A stretch of 64,000 nt of DNA from assembly GCA_044376115.1 (NCBI GenBank), contig JBILLK010000034.1:32001-96000 (forward strand). Reading direction: 5' to 3'. Under the pieces are notes generated by a model that was not told where the DNA came from, searched no databases, and saw only the letters and a program-made list of their open reading frames with translations. This document shows, piece by piece, positions 37,000 through 47,478 of this stretch. Each line of letters opens with the position of its first letter. The first letter of the stretch is position 1. This DNA comes from Polyangiaceae bacterium (GTDB taxonomy: Bacteria > Myxococcota_A > Polyangia > Polyangiales > Polyangiaceae). The position numbers were made by a program, and so were the translations under genes.

Positions 37000-38049
37000 A
37001 TGAACGTGTTGCTTGGTGCGCTGGGCGTATCGCTCGGATGCGCCTCTCCGGCCCAGCCGCTACCGAAGGAAGCGATGGGGCGTTTGCCCTCGGGGACCAC
37101 GACCGCCGTTCCAGAGTGGCTGCCGACCAGGGTCTTCAGCGGTGAAGCGATTGCCCTGGCGCCTGGCGAGGAGCGGCTCGCCAATGCGCGACGTCTCACG
37201 ACCGGTTATGCCGTGACCGCGACAGCCTTTGCCGCTGACGGTAGCAGCGCCTTCTTCGTTGGGCGCGAGGCAAAAGCGGCCGCGCAGACGCTCTCTCTCT
37301 ACCGCGTGGCTCTGGCTACCTCGCCCGGCAAATCCGCAGATCTCGTGCGAGTGTCGGCCGCAGAGGAAGACGTCGTCGACTTGGCGGTCGGGCCTGAGGG
37401 CGTGCTCTATCGCGTACGTTCGGGCGAGTGGCTGACGCGCGAGGAGGACAAGTCGAAGCCTGTTCCAGCGCTGGTTGGGGCCGAGTTTGTCGCGTTCCCC
37501 GCGCGTTCTGCCGGTCCGGTCGCGCTGGGCGCGCTTGCCCGTAGTGGTGAGGCTATCGAACGCGCGGTGTCGTTTCCGATGGCGAAGGCGCCAGGTGGTG
37601 AACGCAGCTTTAGTGGCCCTTGGGCTGGGGTTCGTCCCGCCGTTTCGCGAGATGGGGAAAGCCTGGCGTTCGGCGTTCCGAAAGACGCTTGCAACAAGGA
37701 GAAGTCGCGAGCCAAAGGCCCTCACGCTTGTGACGCCGCGCACGGCATTGCCCTCGTAAGTAGAGAGGGCCGCGGGCGCACGGACGTGCTGACCTTGGGC
37801 CCCTACCAAGTTGCGGATCTGGCCTTTGTGCCTGGGCACGAGGCCCTGCTGTTTACGTCGGACCGAGACCGTGAGGCGTCGGAGCTCTATCTGTTACCGC
37901 TGTCTGGAGACCGCCAGTTGTTGCGGCTGACCTTTGCTGGCGCTCGCGCGTTGGCTGTCTCTTCGGATGGGCGCAAGCTGCTGTTCGCTTCGCAGCGTGC
38001 GGGGGAGAGCGCGGATCTGTTTCTTGCGTCGTTGGTCGAGGCCTTGTGA
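37000..38049 (+). CDS. TolB/PD40-like beta-propeller lipoprotein
   Basis: SLGC lipobox; RRLT, PAVSRDG.SLAF, LLFTSDR, SSDGRKLLFASQR. Confidence 0.75.
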   Translation: MNVLLGALGVSLGCASPAQPLPKEAMGRLPSGTTTAVPEWLPTRVFSGEAIALAPGEERLANARRLTTGYAVTATAFAADGSSAFFVGREAKAAAQTLSLYRVALATSPGKSADLVRVSAAEEDVVDLAVGPEGVLYRVRSGEWLTREEDKSKPVPALVGAEFVAFPARSAGPVALGALARSGEAIERAVSFPMAKAPGGERSFSGPWAGVRPAVSRDGESLAFGVPKDACNKEKSRAKGPHACDAAHGIALVSREGRGRTDVLTLGPYQVADLAFVPGHEALLFTSDRDREASELYLLPLSGDRQLLRLTFAGARALAVSSDGRKLLFASQRAGESADLFLASLVEAL

Positions 38050-41000
38050 GGCGCCGGTTTCACTTCGCTCTCGCCTGCGGTCTCGCTGCCTGTAGCGGCG
38101 CGCCCGCGGTGGTTGGCACAGTCAAAGTAGAGAAGGCGGCCCCCGCGTTAGCGGTGCGCTCCCCCGCTCGTTGGTTGGTGTTCCCGCCTGTTGCTGGGGA
38201 GCCGCGCGCGCTCCTCTCTCTTGACGATAAGACCTGCCTGGTGACGACCGATGATGGGCAACGTTGGTTGGTTGAACGTGAAGCCGGGTCGAGTGGTTGC
38301 AAAGGCAAGGCGCAGGCGAGCGGAAGCCCAGCTTTGGAGGGGTTGGCCTTTGCATCGCGACGCGATGACGGCTTTCGCTTCATCAGCGACGGGGGTGTGC
38401 TCTACACCAGTCGAACGCCGACGGGGGCCTTCGAATCAGCCGTAAAACCGCCTGAGCCGCTGCGTTTGGTAGAGGCCTCGGGCGACGTCGTGATGGGCGT
38501 CAGTCATCGTGGTGCGGTCTATCACTTCAGCGAAGAGTGGCGCGCCGCCGAGTTGCCGAATCAAGTGCGTGGGCTCGATCTCGGCATCGCGAAAGATGGC
38601 TCGGTGCTGCTCCTGGGGCTCCCGGAGCAGCTGCTCGTTTCGCGCGATGCGGGTCGCTCATTTGGGTCTTTCTCGGGGGCGCAGCCAAAGTCGTTCGGAG
38701 CTCATTCAATCGCTCAGAACGTGCTCGGCGAGCCGCTCGTAACGGGCGTTAGCGGCGCTCTAACGTTCAAAGACGGCCAGCTGCTGCCGACCCGTGAGGT
38801 CGCCCGCGAGGTGAGCACGCTCGACGTAGCGCTGAGTCCGGTTAGCGGGCCGAACTTGGATGCGATCGCGCTCAAGCGGGCCACGGTCGATGGCAGCCTC
38901 TATGTGGAGCTCAGCAGCGAGGACGGCATGCCCACCCTCTTGACTGGGCCCTTTGCGGGCGAACTCCAACGCGCACCGCTCGAGGCGCTGTCGAGCTGCT
39001 CCAGTCTCAAGCTCGCGGCCAAGGAGGGCACGGTCGTGATTGGCTGTTTCGCTCCGGATGATGGCGAGTCGAAGGTGGCTTTTTACAGCACTTCGGATCG
39101 CGGTAAGAGCTTGATTCGCGGCGTCGATCTATTGGTTCCGGTGCCGGACTTCTTCGACTTCGACATCGACGCGAGCGGTGCCCTTCTAGTCGTTGGGGCG
39201 TGTAGAGCCGAGAGCCCGGAGAAACAGAAGGAAGCGAGCGGCATGCTCGAGGAGGCTGCCGTGTCAGCGGCTCCCCTCGGCTGCGCCCCGCGCGCGCCAA
39301 TCGTGGTGCGCGGAACGAGCGTCACCGTGGGCGCGGCTCCTGACGCCGAAGCCGGCACCTTGCGCTCCCCGCGCTTCTCTCGGGAAGGCCGCTTGGCCTA
39401 CGCGCTCGGGCGCAAACGCCGCACTGCAGAGCCAGCCGTGTTTGTCTCCCGAGACGGTGGGCGCAGCTATCGCGCCCGCGTGATCGAGAACCCGAGCGCC
39501 GGCTGGGATGCGAATGAAGAACCCGGAGAGCCTTCGGACCAAGGCTTCTACGTGGACTCGGAGACCGAGCTGACGATGGACGAGTCTGGCCTGGTCGGGA
39601 TGCGTTGCGCGCGGGGCGCGGGAGAATGTTGGCTCACCTTCGACTCGGAGGGCCGGGTCGCCAACATCGGGCAAGCGCCGGAGCTGCTGAGTTTGGTGTT
39701 GGGGCGAGGCGCCCGCGTGTTTGGCCTAAGCGCCGAAACAGGCGTCCTCAAGGGCTTCGAGTCGTTGGATGGCGGGGCTTCTTGGAGTGAGGTCAGCCTC
39801 TCCGACGCGCTCCGTGAGAACGTCCTCAACGGTGGTGGCGCTTGCTTCGCTTCGGGCTGCGTCTTCAGCTCTGGGCTCGTACGCGAAGGCTGGGAGGGCC
39901 AGGAAGAAAAGCCTGTCGTCGCAAGCGAGGCTTTCGTCCCCCAAGGTCGATCTCCGACGATCGGTTTGCCCTTCGCCTGCGAGGTCCCGGCCAAGGCCGA
40001 GGTCACGCGCATTCTAGGCCGCGGCGAGGAGCGCGGTGGGAGCTTGCAATGGAGCCCCGCGCTACCGCGTCTGCGCGACCTGGGCCGAGGAAAGACGGCT
40101 TTTAGCGTGCTGGCGGTGACGCCCGAGGGCGCTGTGGACGTTCACTCGATGCCAGCTCCCGATACGAGCCCCAAGTCGTTGGGCTTCACAAAAAGAACGT
40201 TGCTGAAGCCGCCCAAGGCCAAGGCTTTGACGACACAAACGGTGCGCTGGCAGATAGAGGGCTATGCTGCCGTGCGCGCCACGGTGCCAACCACCAAAGG
40301 CTCCTTCGACCCGTCGAAGAAGCTCAGCGGTCTCGAGGTTGCTTGGCAAAATCAGTTCAGCAATACGACGCTCGAGAAGCGAGTCGACTTGGACGTCAAT
40401 TGGTCGTCTGCGCTGACCGTTGGCTCGTCATTGCGGTTACAACAAGTGTCGGTGGCGGGAGTCGGGCTTTTCGTGCAGCCCTCAGCCAGTTCGAACGGTT
40501 GGTTCGTAACGGCTCAAGGTCTCGCACCGTTCGAAGTCCCCAACGTGCGATCGCGTGTGACGGATCGCGGTTCTCTGGGCGTGCTCGACACCCTCGCCTT
40601 GGGCTCGACTCCGTTCTCGGTCGCCTTCCTGACGCGCGAACAAGCCTCGATCGTGGCCTTTGCGCCCCTCAGCGAGCCTCGTACGAAGTCCGCGGATGGG
40701 CCGCAGGTGTCTGCCTTAGCGTTCGCTTCGGAAGGCGCGCTGATGGGCTACACCTATCGCGGTTCCACGGTCGGAATAACGGCGATTGAGACGATGCCTG
40801 ACGACCCTTCCGAGGAGGCGCGCGCCTTTGCTGCGTTCTTCGAAGACGGCGCGTTGGGGGCTCGTGTGGAGCTCCCTTCGTTGGAGGATTTGCCGGCGCG
40901 ACCGCGAGCCTGTTCACTCGAGGAGCGGCTGTCGACGCCGCGCTCGGTGGTGCCGTTCTTTGCGCCGAACAACTTGCCCCTGTTTGCTGAGCCGCGCTCC

Positions 41001-41333
41001 CCGGTCGTGGTCCAAGACTCATCCGGCGCCAGCGCTTCGCTGACGGCTTCGATGCTCACCGGCCCGCAATGGATGCTGCTTGATGGCGCGGTGCTTTACG
41101 GCAGCCGCAAAGACCCGTGCGTTGCGTTTTATCGCGCGTCCGGGCTGCGCTTGGGCTCTGTGGCGGTGATCAGCGGCGATTTGCAGAAGGCGTGGCTTCT
41201 GCAAACGGTCAACACGCCGCAAGGTGGTAGCGTCGAGGTCAAGCCCATGGCTTGCCGGACTCAGCCCGACCTGCCGCTCCCGCAAGAGGTCTTTCACCGT
41301 GTCGGGCATCGTCTTCCGGACGACCTGTTCTAG
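38046..41333 (+). CDS. Large lipoprotein with BNR/Asp-box repeats
   Basis: LAAC lipobox; SRDAGRSF, TSDRGKS, SRDGGRSY, SLDGGASW. Confidence 0.8.
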   Translation: MRRRFHFALACGLAACSGAPAVVGTVKVEKAAPALAVRSPARWLVFPPVAGEPRALLSLDDKTCLVTTDDGQRWLVEREAGSSGCKGKAQASGSPALEGLAFASRRDDGFRFISDGGVLYTSRTPTGAFESAVKPPEPLRLVEASGDVVMGVSHRGAVYHFSEEWRAAELPNQVRGLDLGIAKDGSVLLLGLPEQLLVSRDAGRSFGSFSGAQPKSFGAHSIAQNVLGEPLVTGVSGALTFKDGQLLPTREVAREVSTLDVALSPVSGPNLDAIALKRATVDGSLYVELSSEDGMPTLLTGPFAGELQRAPLEALSSCSSLKLAAKEGTVVIGCFAPDDGESKVAFYSTSDRGKSLIRGVDLLVPVPDFFDFDIDASGALLVVGACRAESPEKQKEASGMLEEAAVSAAPLGCAPRAPIVVRGTSVTVGAAPDAEAGTLRSPRFSREGRLAYALGRKRRTAEPAVFVSRDGGRSYRARVIENPSAGWDANEEPGEPSDQGFYVDSETELTMDESGLVGMRCARGAGECWLTFDSEGRVANIGQAPELLSLVLGRGARVFGLSAETGVLKGFESLDGGASWSEVSLSDALRENVLNGGGACFASGCVFSSGLVREGWEGQEEKPVVASEAFVPQGRSPTIGLPFACEVPAKAEVTRILGRGEERGGSLQWSPALPRLRDLGRGKTAFSVLAVTPEGAVDVHSMPAPDTSPKSLGFTKRTLLKPPKAKALTTQTVRWQIEGYAAVRATVPTTKGSFDPSKKLSGLEVAWQNQFSNTTLEKRVDLDVNWSSALTVGSSLRLQQVSVAGVGLFVQPSASSNGWFVTAQGLAPFEVPNVRSRVTDRGSLGVLDTLALGSTPFSVAFLTREQASIVAFAPLSEPRTKSADGPQVSALAFASEGALMGYTYRGSTVGITAIETMPDDPSEEARAFAAFFEDGALGARVELPSLEDLPARPRACSLEERLSTPRSVVPFFAPNNLPLFAEPRSPVVVQDSSGASASLTASMLTGPQWMLLDGAVLYGSRKDPCVAFYRASGLRLGSVAVISGDLQKAWLLQTVNTPQGGSVEVKPMACRTQPDLPLPQEVFHRVGHRLPDDLF

Positions 41334-41379
41334 GCCGGATCCCTTGCTCCCACCGCAAACGTGAGGGTAAGGTGCCGAG

Positions 41380-42243
41380 GTGAGAAGTCGTCCCGGGCGC
41401 CGTCGCCTCAATCTCCGCAAGACTCTCTTTCTCTTGCCGAACCTGGTGACGGTCACTGCCATCTTTTGCGGCTTTGACTCCATTCGGCTGTCGGCTGCGG
41501 CCACTAGCGAGGATGACCTCTATCGAGCCGCGCTGCTGATCGTGTTCGCTATGTTCTTCGACATGATGGACGGCCGCGTCGCGCGCATGACCAAGACGCA
41601 GAGCGCGTTCGGCCTGCAGATTGACTCTCTGGCCGACGTGATCTCCTTCGGCGTCGCACCGGCGATCCTGGTCTATTCTTGGACGCTCAAACGCTTCGGC
41701 TTGGCTGGCCTTTTGGCGAGCTTCCTTTTCTGCGCTTGTGCCGCCATTCGGCTCGCGCGGTTCAACGTGCTCACGATGGGCGAGGATGGCAAACCAAGCG
41801 TCCCATCCAAGTACTTTTTGGGCCTGCCCACTCCCGGGGCAGCCGGGATCTTGGTCTCCCTCGTGGTGGCGAACCACGCTGTCGGCGGGGCTTTCGGCGC
41901 GGGGGAGTACGCTTCGTTCATTCTCGCGATCACCGTTGCGCTGGCCTGTTTGATGGTTTCCAACGTCGAGTTCCGGACCTTCAAAGACGTCCGTTTGAAC
42001 CTGCACACAGCCGCGTTCATCGGCTTTGCCGTGCTTTCCAGCGCCGTGATCTCGACGCAGCTCAAGCCCGCCTTCGTGTTGGTCTGGTTGCTCGGCTTCT
42101 ATGTATTGCTCGGCTTATGTGAAACGTTGTGGCGCCTGCCCACAAAACTGCGCGCGAAGGCAGAGGCGGCCCGAGCGGAGGACGCGCAACTGTCTTCGGC
42201 TACGTCCCTTCAGGTCATCCAACGAGGTGAGTCAAAGCCGTGA
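41380..42243 (+). CDS. pssA: CDP-diacylglycerol--serine O-phosphatidyltransferase
   Basis: LPNLVT, DMMDGRVAR...G..IDSLADVISFGVAP, RLARFN, FLGLPTP. Confidence 0.95.
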   Translation: MRSRPGRRRLNLRKTLFLLPNLVTVTAIFCGFDSIRLSAAATSEDDLYRAALLIVFAMFFDMMDGRVARMTKTQSAFGLQIDSLADVISFGVAPAILVYSWTLKRFGLAGLLASFLFCACAAIRLARFNVLTMGEDGKPSVPSKYFLGLPTPGAAGILVSLVVANHAVGGAFGAGEYASFILAITVALACLMVSNVEFRTFKDVRLNLHTAAFIGFAVLSSAVISTQLKPAFVLVWLLGFYVLLGLCETLWRLPTKLRAKAEAARAEDAQLSSATSLQVIQRGESKP

Positions 42244-42623
42244 GGAACCGAATATTCTTCCCCCAGGAAACGCTCGACATTTGGGTCGCCTCGGACTGTG
42301 TGGACTTCTCCTTCGAGGAGCTGCTGCTGAAGGGTGAAAATCGTCGTTATCGCACGATTGAGGCCGTCCGGGTGGTCGAGGAGGTCGCAGGAGGGGGAGA
42401 CCCCAACGAGCTGATCGGAAAGGTGAAGTCGCGAGCCTATTTGGCGGAGCTCGGCGCAGAGATCCTCGAGGGGTCGATGGTTATCGGCGATAGCGCCTAT
42501 GACATTGTGCCCGGCTTCGCCGGCGAGCCGATCGGCTCGATTGAGGACCACCGACTGCAGAATCCAGACTCTTCCGGCACCGATGAAGAGATCCTCGCGG
42601 CCTTCATCGCGAAGGCAACGTAG
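42240..42623 (+). CDS. Hypothetical protein
   Basis: GTGA-coupled to pssA; fills the gap in the operon. Confidence 0.8.
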   Translation: MRNRIFFPQETLDIWVASDCVDFSFEELLLKGENRRYRTIEAVRVVEEVAGGGDPNELIGKVKSRAYLAELGAEILEGSMVIGDSAYDIVPGFAGEPIGSIEDHRLQNPDSSGTDEEILAAFIAKAT

Positions 42624-42631
42624 GATTCATC

Positions 42632-43585
42632 GTGGGCATGCAGCTCGCCCTTACCTACCTGCTGATGTCGCTCGGCGCGTTCTCCTATGCGGGAGCGTCG
42701 GCGCTGTTCTTCTTGCAGGTCGCTCGCAAGGACGGCCGCGCGCCCCGTGCTTCTCGACCTGATCTAGGAGAGGCCAGTCGGCCGGGGCATCTTCGTGAGG
42801 CCGCTCCAGCGCTAGCTCCCCGGCTTTTGGCGGTAAGTTCGCTGCTGCACCTTGCTTACATAACGTCGGCAAGCTTCGTCACCCACACCTGTCCGGTCGG
42901 TTCTGTTCACTTCGTTCTCAGCTTGGTCGCCATTACGACTGGCTTCGGTTTCACGCTCGCGCGGGCTCGCGCCAGCGGGCCGCGAGAGAACATTGACGCG
43001 CTCGGGCTGTTGGTTGGTCCGCTCGGTCTGGCCTTCCTCTTGGGGACCTTCTTTCTCGACAAGCCGTCGGTCAGCTCATCCATTGGCACCGTCTTTTTGG
43101 CGTTGCACGTGCTCGCCAACGTCATCGGTGTGGCGTTGTTCTTCCTCGCCGGGGCCGCCGCTGTTTTGTATCTGGTTCAGGAGCGGCGGCTGAAGCACAA
43201 GAAGCTCGCGCGAATTGGTGGGCTACCGCCGCTCGATACCTTGGATAGGGCGGTTCACCGCTTTCTCGTAATCGGCTTTCCGCTGCTTACCGTCGGCATT
43301 CTGTCTGGCACCTTCTGGGCTTATCAGCTCGAATCCGGCAGCACCGACGAGATCATGCGGATCGTATTTGGCTATGCGACCTGGCTTCTGATCGCGCTCG
43401 TGCTCTTGCTGCGCGTGGTTGCAGGTTGGCGCGGCAAACGTAGCGCGTACGGCACCTTGCTCGGGCTCACGTTTGCGATGGGCGTGATTGGCGTTTACGC
43501 ACTTCGCACGACCCCCCCAGGCGAGGCCAAGCACACGAGGCTAACGGCCCCGTCCACCCCCGGGGATCGCGCCAATGTTCGTTAA
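42632..43585 (+). CDS. CcsA/HemX-like cytochrome c assembly family membrane protein
   Basis: About 8 TM; LALHV, YLVQERRLK, LPPLDTLD, GFPLLT.G, GWRGKR; directly upstream of hemA. Confidence 0.85.
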   Translation: MGMQLALTYLLMSLGAFSYAGASALFFLQVARKDGRAPRASRPDLGEASRPGHLREAAPALAPRLLAVSSLLHLAYITSASFVTHTCPVGSVHFVLSLVAITTGFGFTLARARASGPRENIDALGLLVGPLGLAFLLGTFFLDKPSVSSSIGTVFLALHVLANVIGVALFFLAGAAAVLYLVQERRLKHKKLARIGGLPPLDTLDRAVHRFLVIGFPLLTVGILSGTFWAYQLESGSTDEIMRIVFGYATWLLIALVLLLRVVAGWRGKRSAYGTLLGLTFAMGVIGVYALRTTPPGEAKHTRLTAPSTPGDRANVR

Positions 43586-44966
43586 CGTCGGCCTCTCCCA
43601 TCGCACCGCGCCGGTTGAAGTGCGTGAGCAGATCGCTGTGCCCAAAGACAGCTTGCCCGAGTTCCTCGATGAGCTGGTCGAGAGCACCGGGCTGGGTGAG
43701 GCGGTCATCCTCTCGACGTGCAATCGGTTCGAGGTGTACGGCGCGCTTCCGCGCGGCGCTGCTTCGGATGCGCAGGCGCTGGCCCGGGTCAGCCAAGCAA
43801 TCGCTGAGAGGATCGGGGCGCGCTCGAGCCGTGAGGTGATGCATTCGCTGCATCGCCGGGATGGCCAGGACGCGCTCCGGCACCTGTTTCGGGTGGCGAG
43901 CTCGCTAGACTCGTTGGTGGTGGGAGAACCGCAGATCCTCGGCCAGTTGAAGGAGGCCATCTCGACGGCCAGTGAACGTGGAAGGCTGGGCCAGGGGTTG
44001 GGCAAAGCGATGAGCCGCGCCTTGTTCGTTGGCAAGCGGGTGCGTTCGGAGACGCAGATTGGCGCCGGCCAAGTCTCCATCTCCAGCATGGCGGTCGATT
44101 TGGCCGTGCAGATCTTTGGTGATCTACGTGGCACCACCGCGTTGCTCGTGGGCGCCGGGGACATGGCCGAGAGCGCCGCAAAGCTGCTCGCGAAAGAGGG
44201 CGCCAAGCTCCTGGTGGTCAACCGCTCGCGCGAGCGTGCGGATAAATTGGCGGCGGAGGTTGCGGGGCAGCCCCGCGATTGGGGCGAACTCAATTGGTGT
44301 TTGATTGAGAGCGATATCGTCATCGCCTCCACCTCGAGCCCGACCTACGTGGTGACAGAGGCTGCCATCAAGACGGCCCGCAAGGCGCGCCGCGGGCGCA
44401 ACCTGTTCCTGATTGATATTGCCGTCCCGCGCAACGTCGATCCGGCGATTGACTCTTACGACGGCGTCTATCTCTATGACATCGACGATCTCGAGCAGCA
44501 GGTCTCCGAGTCGATGTCGGGTCGCGCCGTTGAGGCGCAACGAGCCGAGGCCATCGTTGAGTCGGAGGTCGCACAATACCAAGCAAAGACCACCGAGCTA
44601 GCGATGAACCCGGCGATCGTCGGGCTACGGGCGCGCGTGCGCGCGACGCTCAACGCCGAGCTCGAACGCAGCCTGGGCGGCCGGCTCAAGCATCTCGCAG
44701 CAACGGATCGTGAAGCGCTCGTCGCCATGGTGGACGCAGCCACCAACAAGATCTGTCATCGCCCCACCGTGCGCCTGCGCGCGCTCGCGAATGAAGCGCG
44801 CGGGCGAGACATGGTCGAGGTATTGACGGACTTATTCGACCTCCCCTCCGAACTCGCGGGGGAGGTGCTTGCCTCTGAACAAGCGGGACCGTCCGTCCAA
44901 CCCAGTGAACCCACGGAGGGCTCTGCCATTCGTGAGGTCCGCAGCAGCGCCGAGAAAAGCTCGTGA
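43575..44966 (+). CDS. hemA: Glutamyl-tRNA reductase
   Basis: GLSHRTAPVEVRE, STCNRFE, HLFRVASSLDS.VVGE.QILGQ, GAGDM, DIAVPR. Confidence 0.98.
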   Translation: MFVNVGLSHRTAPVEVREQIAVPKDSLPEFLDELVESTGLGEAVILSTCNRFEVYGALPRGAASDAQALARVSQAIAERIGARSSREVMHSLHRRDGQDALRHLFRVASSLDSLVVGEPQILGQLKEAISTASERGRLGQGLGKAMSRALFVGKRVRSETQIGAGQVSISSMAVDLAVQIFGDLRGTTALLVGAGDMAESAAKLLAKEGAKLLVVNRSRERADKLAAEVAGQPRDWGELNWCLIESDIVIASTSSPTYVVTEAAIKTARKARRGRNLFLIDIAVPRNVDPAIDSYDGVYLYDIDDLEQQVSESMSGRAVEAQRAEAIVESEVAQYQAKTTELAMNPAIVGLRARVRATLNAELERSLGGRLKHLAATDREALVAMVDAATNKICHRPTVRLRALANEARGRDMVEVLTDLFDLPSELAGEVLASEQAGPSVQPSEPTEGSAIREVRSSAEKSS

Positions 44967-45883
44967 ACGAACTTACCTATTGCACCCGAAAGAGCGCTCT
45001 CGCGCTCGCCCAATCCCGCGCCTTCGTCGAGACCGTCAAAGCTCGAGCGGCGGGCCCAAGTTTTACCGAGCTAACCCTAACCACCAGTGGGGATCGCTTC
45101 TTGAACCAACCGCTACAGGATATTGGCGGTAAGGGGCTATTCATCAAGGAGCTGGAGGAGGCACTGCTCGACGGCCGTGCCGACTTTGCGGTGCATTCGA
45201 TCAAGGATGTCCCCGCAGAACTCCACCCTGGTCTTGCACTGGTCTGCATCCCGGAGCGAGAAGATCCGCGTGACGCTCTGGTGAGTAAGTCGGGTGCTGG
45301 GCTGATGGAATTGCCGCATGGGGCGAGGGTAGGGACCTCCAGCTTGCGCCGCGCGTTATGCCTGCGGCAGGCCCGCCCCGATTTGCAGATTGAGCCTTTG
45401 CGGGGCAACGTGGATAGCCGGCTCAAGAAGGTGACCGAGGGACCGCTCGACGCGATCGTACTCGCCTATGCAGGGCTTCGGCGCCTGGGTCTTGGAGCGC
45501 AAGCGAGCGAGGTGCTCTCGGTCGACGTGATGCTGCCTGCCGTTGGGCAAGGTGCCCTCGGTATCGAGGCTCGCCAAGACGCGAGCGATTGTCACCGGGT
45601 GCTCGGCCTCTGCAATGATCCGGCGACGAGCTTTTGCGTTCATGCCGAGCGGGCGGTGATGCTCGCGGTCGAGGGCAACTGTCGCATGCCGGTGGCGGCG
45701 CACGCGATCCGCGAGAATGACACCTTGCGCTTGGTCGCCTTGTTGGCCGATGCGGACGGTAGCAACCTGCGGCGCGCCGAGCGGACGATGCCTTGGCCGA
45801 GTCAGCTCGGCGAAGCGCAGCTCGCAGATGCTGCTGCAGTCGGTAGAGACCTCGGCCAAGAGCTCCGCGCTTTGCGCTCATGA
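44963..45883 (+). CDS. hemC: Hydroxymethylbilane synthase
   Basis: TRKSALALAQ, GGKGLFIKELE, AVHSIKD, GTSSLRR, RGNVD, PAVGQG, GNCRMP. Confidence 0.98.
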   Translation: MNELTYCTRKSALALAQSRAFVETVKARAAGPSFTELTLTTSGDRFLNQPLQDIGGKGLFIKELEEALLDGRADFAVHSIKDVPAELHPGLALVCIPEREDPRDALVSKSGAGLMELPHGARVGTSSLRRALCLRQARPDLQIEPLRGNVDSRLKKVTEGPLDAIVLAYAGLRRLGLGAQASEVLSVDVMLPAVGQGALGIEARQDASDCHRVLGLCNDPATSFCVHAERAVMLAVEGNCRMPVAAHAIRENDTLRLVALLADADGSNLRRAERTMPWPSQLGEAQLADAAAVGRDLGQELRALRS

Positions 45884-47478
45884 AGCGGACCTCGCAGCGC
45901 GGTACGCTCGCCGTCGTCCTTCACGCCCATTTGCCGTGGGTTTTGGAGGAAGCGTCGCTAAGCCCCAATTCACCAATCTCATTCGAGGAAGCTTGGCTGC
46001 ACGAGGCGCTATGGGAGTGTTATCTGCCACTCGCGGCGTTGCTCGAACGCGTGCAGTCCCTCCGCGAGGCTAACCCGAACGTTGATGGCGGCGAGCGTAC
46101 GCCATTTCTGTTGCTATCGCTCAGTCCCACCCTGCTCGCGATGCTGAAGAGCCCTGTGCTTGATGCACGTTTCGACCTCTACGTGCAGGGCGTACGCGCT
46201 CAGCTCGCTGAACGGCGAAAGGCCGGCGCTTATCTATCTGCAGTGGCAGCCCACGAGGCGCGGCTCGAGTCTTCGTATGCCTATTGGCAAAAGAATCATC
46301 GTGACCTGCTCGCGGCGCTTCTTCGCCTGAGGGACCGCGGAGCCATTGAGCTTGGCACTACGGCCGCAACCCACGGCTTTCTCCCTGGTTTGCTTACCGC
46401 GGCCGGGGCTCGTGCGCAGATTCGCATTGGGTTGCGCTACTTCCGCGAGGTAACCGGCCGACACGCAAGCTTCTTCTGGCTCCCCGAATGTGGGTACCAC
46501 CCCAAGCTTCTCCCGCTGCTCGCCGACTCTGGCGCCTCCTCCACTGTCCTTGACACCCACGCTCTCGAATTGGGTGAACCGCGACCGCAACACGGGGCAT
46601 TGCAGCCGGTTTTTGCGAACGAGCCGTTCGCCTTTTTCGGCCGGCATCGGGAGCTTTGCAGCGCGGTTTGGTCCCGAGAGGTCGGCTATCCGGGCGCGGC
46701 CGTCTATCGCGACTTTCACGCGCGGCCATCGGAAGCTACGCCGTTTGAATTGGCCTTCAAGCCCTACGCGGTGACGGGGCAGGGTGTAAAGGTCCCGTAT
46801 GAAGCCGCGGTTGCGGAACATCATGCGGCCCGAGACGCCGTTGATTTCTTGCGCAAGGCGGCCCTCGTTCTCGAAGCCTCCGAGGCTCCACGGCCGATCG
46901 CGACCGTCGCATTTGACGCTGAGCTTTTTGGTCACTGGTGGTGGGAGGGGCCGCAGTTTCTTGCGGCGCTACTCGAGGCTGCCGTGCGGAAAGATAGTGC
47001 AGTAGGCCTTGATACCCCCACCTCTTATCTGGCTACGGACCCACAGTTGGCGTTGTCCAATCCGGCGACTTCAACGTGGGGCCGCGGTGGTTTCTCCGAG
47101 GTGTGGTCGCATCCCCGGGTGAGCCATGCGCTGCGCTTGGTCCATCGGGCCGAGCGGATGATGCTGCAGGTGGATGCGCTCGTGCGTGACCGCCCAAGAA
47201 CCGAGACGCAGCGTCGAGCTCGGCTACTGGCCATTCGAGATCTCTTCTTATTGCAGAGCTCCGACTTGCTGTTCATGTTGCGTACTGGGCAATCCCAACG
47301 CTTTGCGACAGCTCGCGTGCAAACGCTCGCTGCGCGTCTGGACACGCTGTTCGAGGTGGCGTTGCGGGAGCGGGAGTCGGCTTCAGACGGTAATGCCGTA
47401 GCAGCGCTTGAACCGCAGATTTCGCTCTTCGCAGAACTCGAAGAAGACGCCTTCGCCGATACCTTCGACCCATTTTGA
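45880..47478 (+). CDS. GH57 glucan branching enzyme-like protein (DUF1957)
   Basis: LHAHLP, E.WL.EA..ECYLP, WLPEC (nucleophile), FDAELFGHWW.EG (acid/base), QSSD. Confidence 0.9.
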   Translation: MKRTSQRGTLAVVLHAHLPWVLEEASLSPNSPISFEEAWLHEALWECYLPLAALLERVQSLREANPNVDGGERTPFLLLSLSPTLLAMLKSPVLDARFDLYVQGVRAQLAERRKAGAYLSAVAAHEARLESSYAYWQKNHRDLLAALLRLRDRGAIELGTTAATHGFLPGLLTAAGARAQIRIGLRYFREVTGRHASFFWLPECGYHPKLLPLLADSGASSTVLDTHALELGEPRPQHGALQPVFANEPFAFFGRHRELCSAVWSREVGYPGAAVYRDFHARPSEATPFELAFKPYAVTGQGVKVPYEAAVAEHHAARDAVDFLRKAALVLEASEAPRPIATVAFDAELFGHWWWEGPQFLAALLEAAVRKDSAVGLDTPTSYLATDPQLALSNPATSTWGRGGFSEVWSHPRVSHALRLVHRAERMMLQVDALVRDRPRTETQRRARLLAIRDLFLLQSSDLLFMLRTGQSQRFATARVQTLAARLDTLFEVALRERESASDGNAVAALEPQISLFAELEEDAFADTFDPF

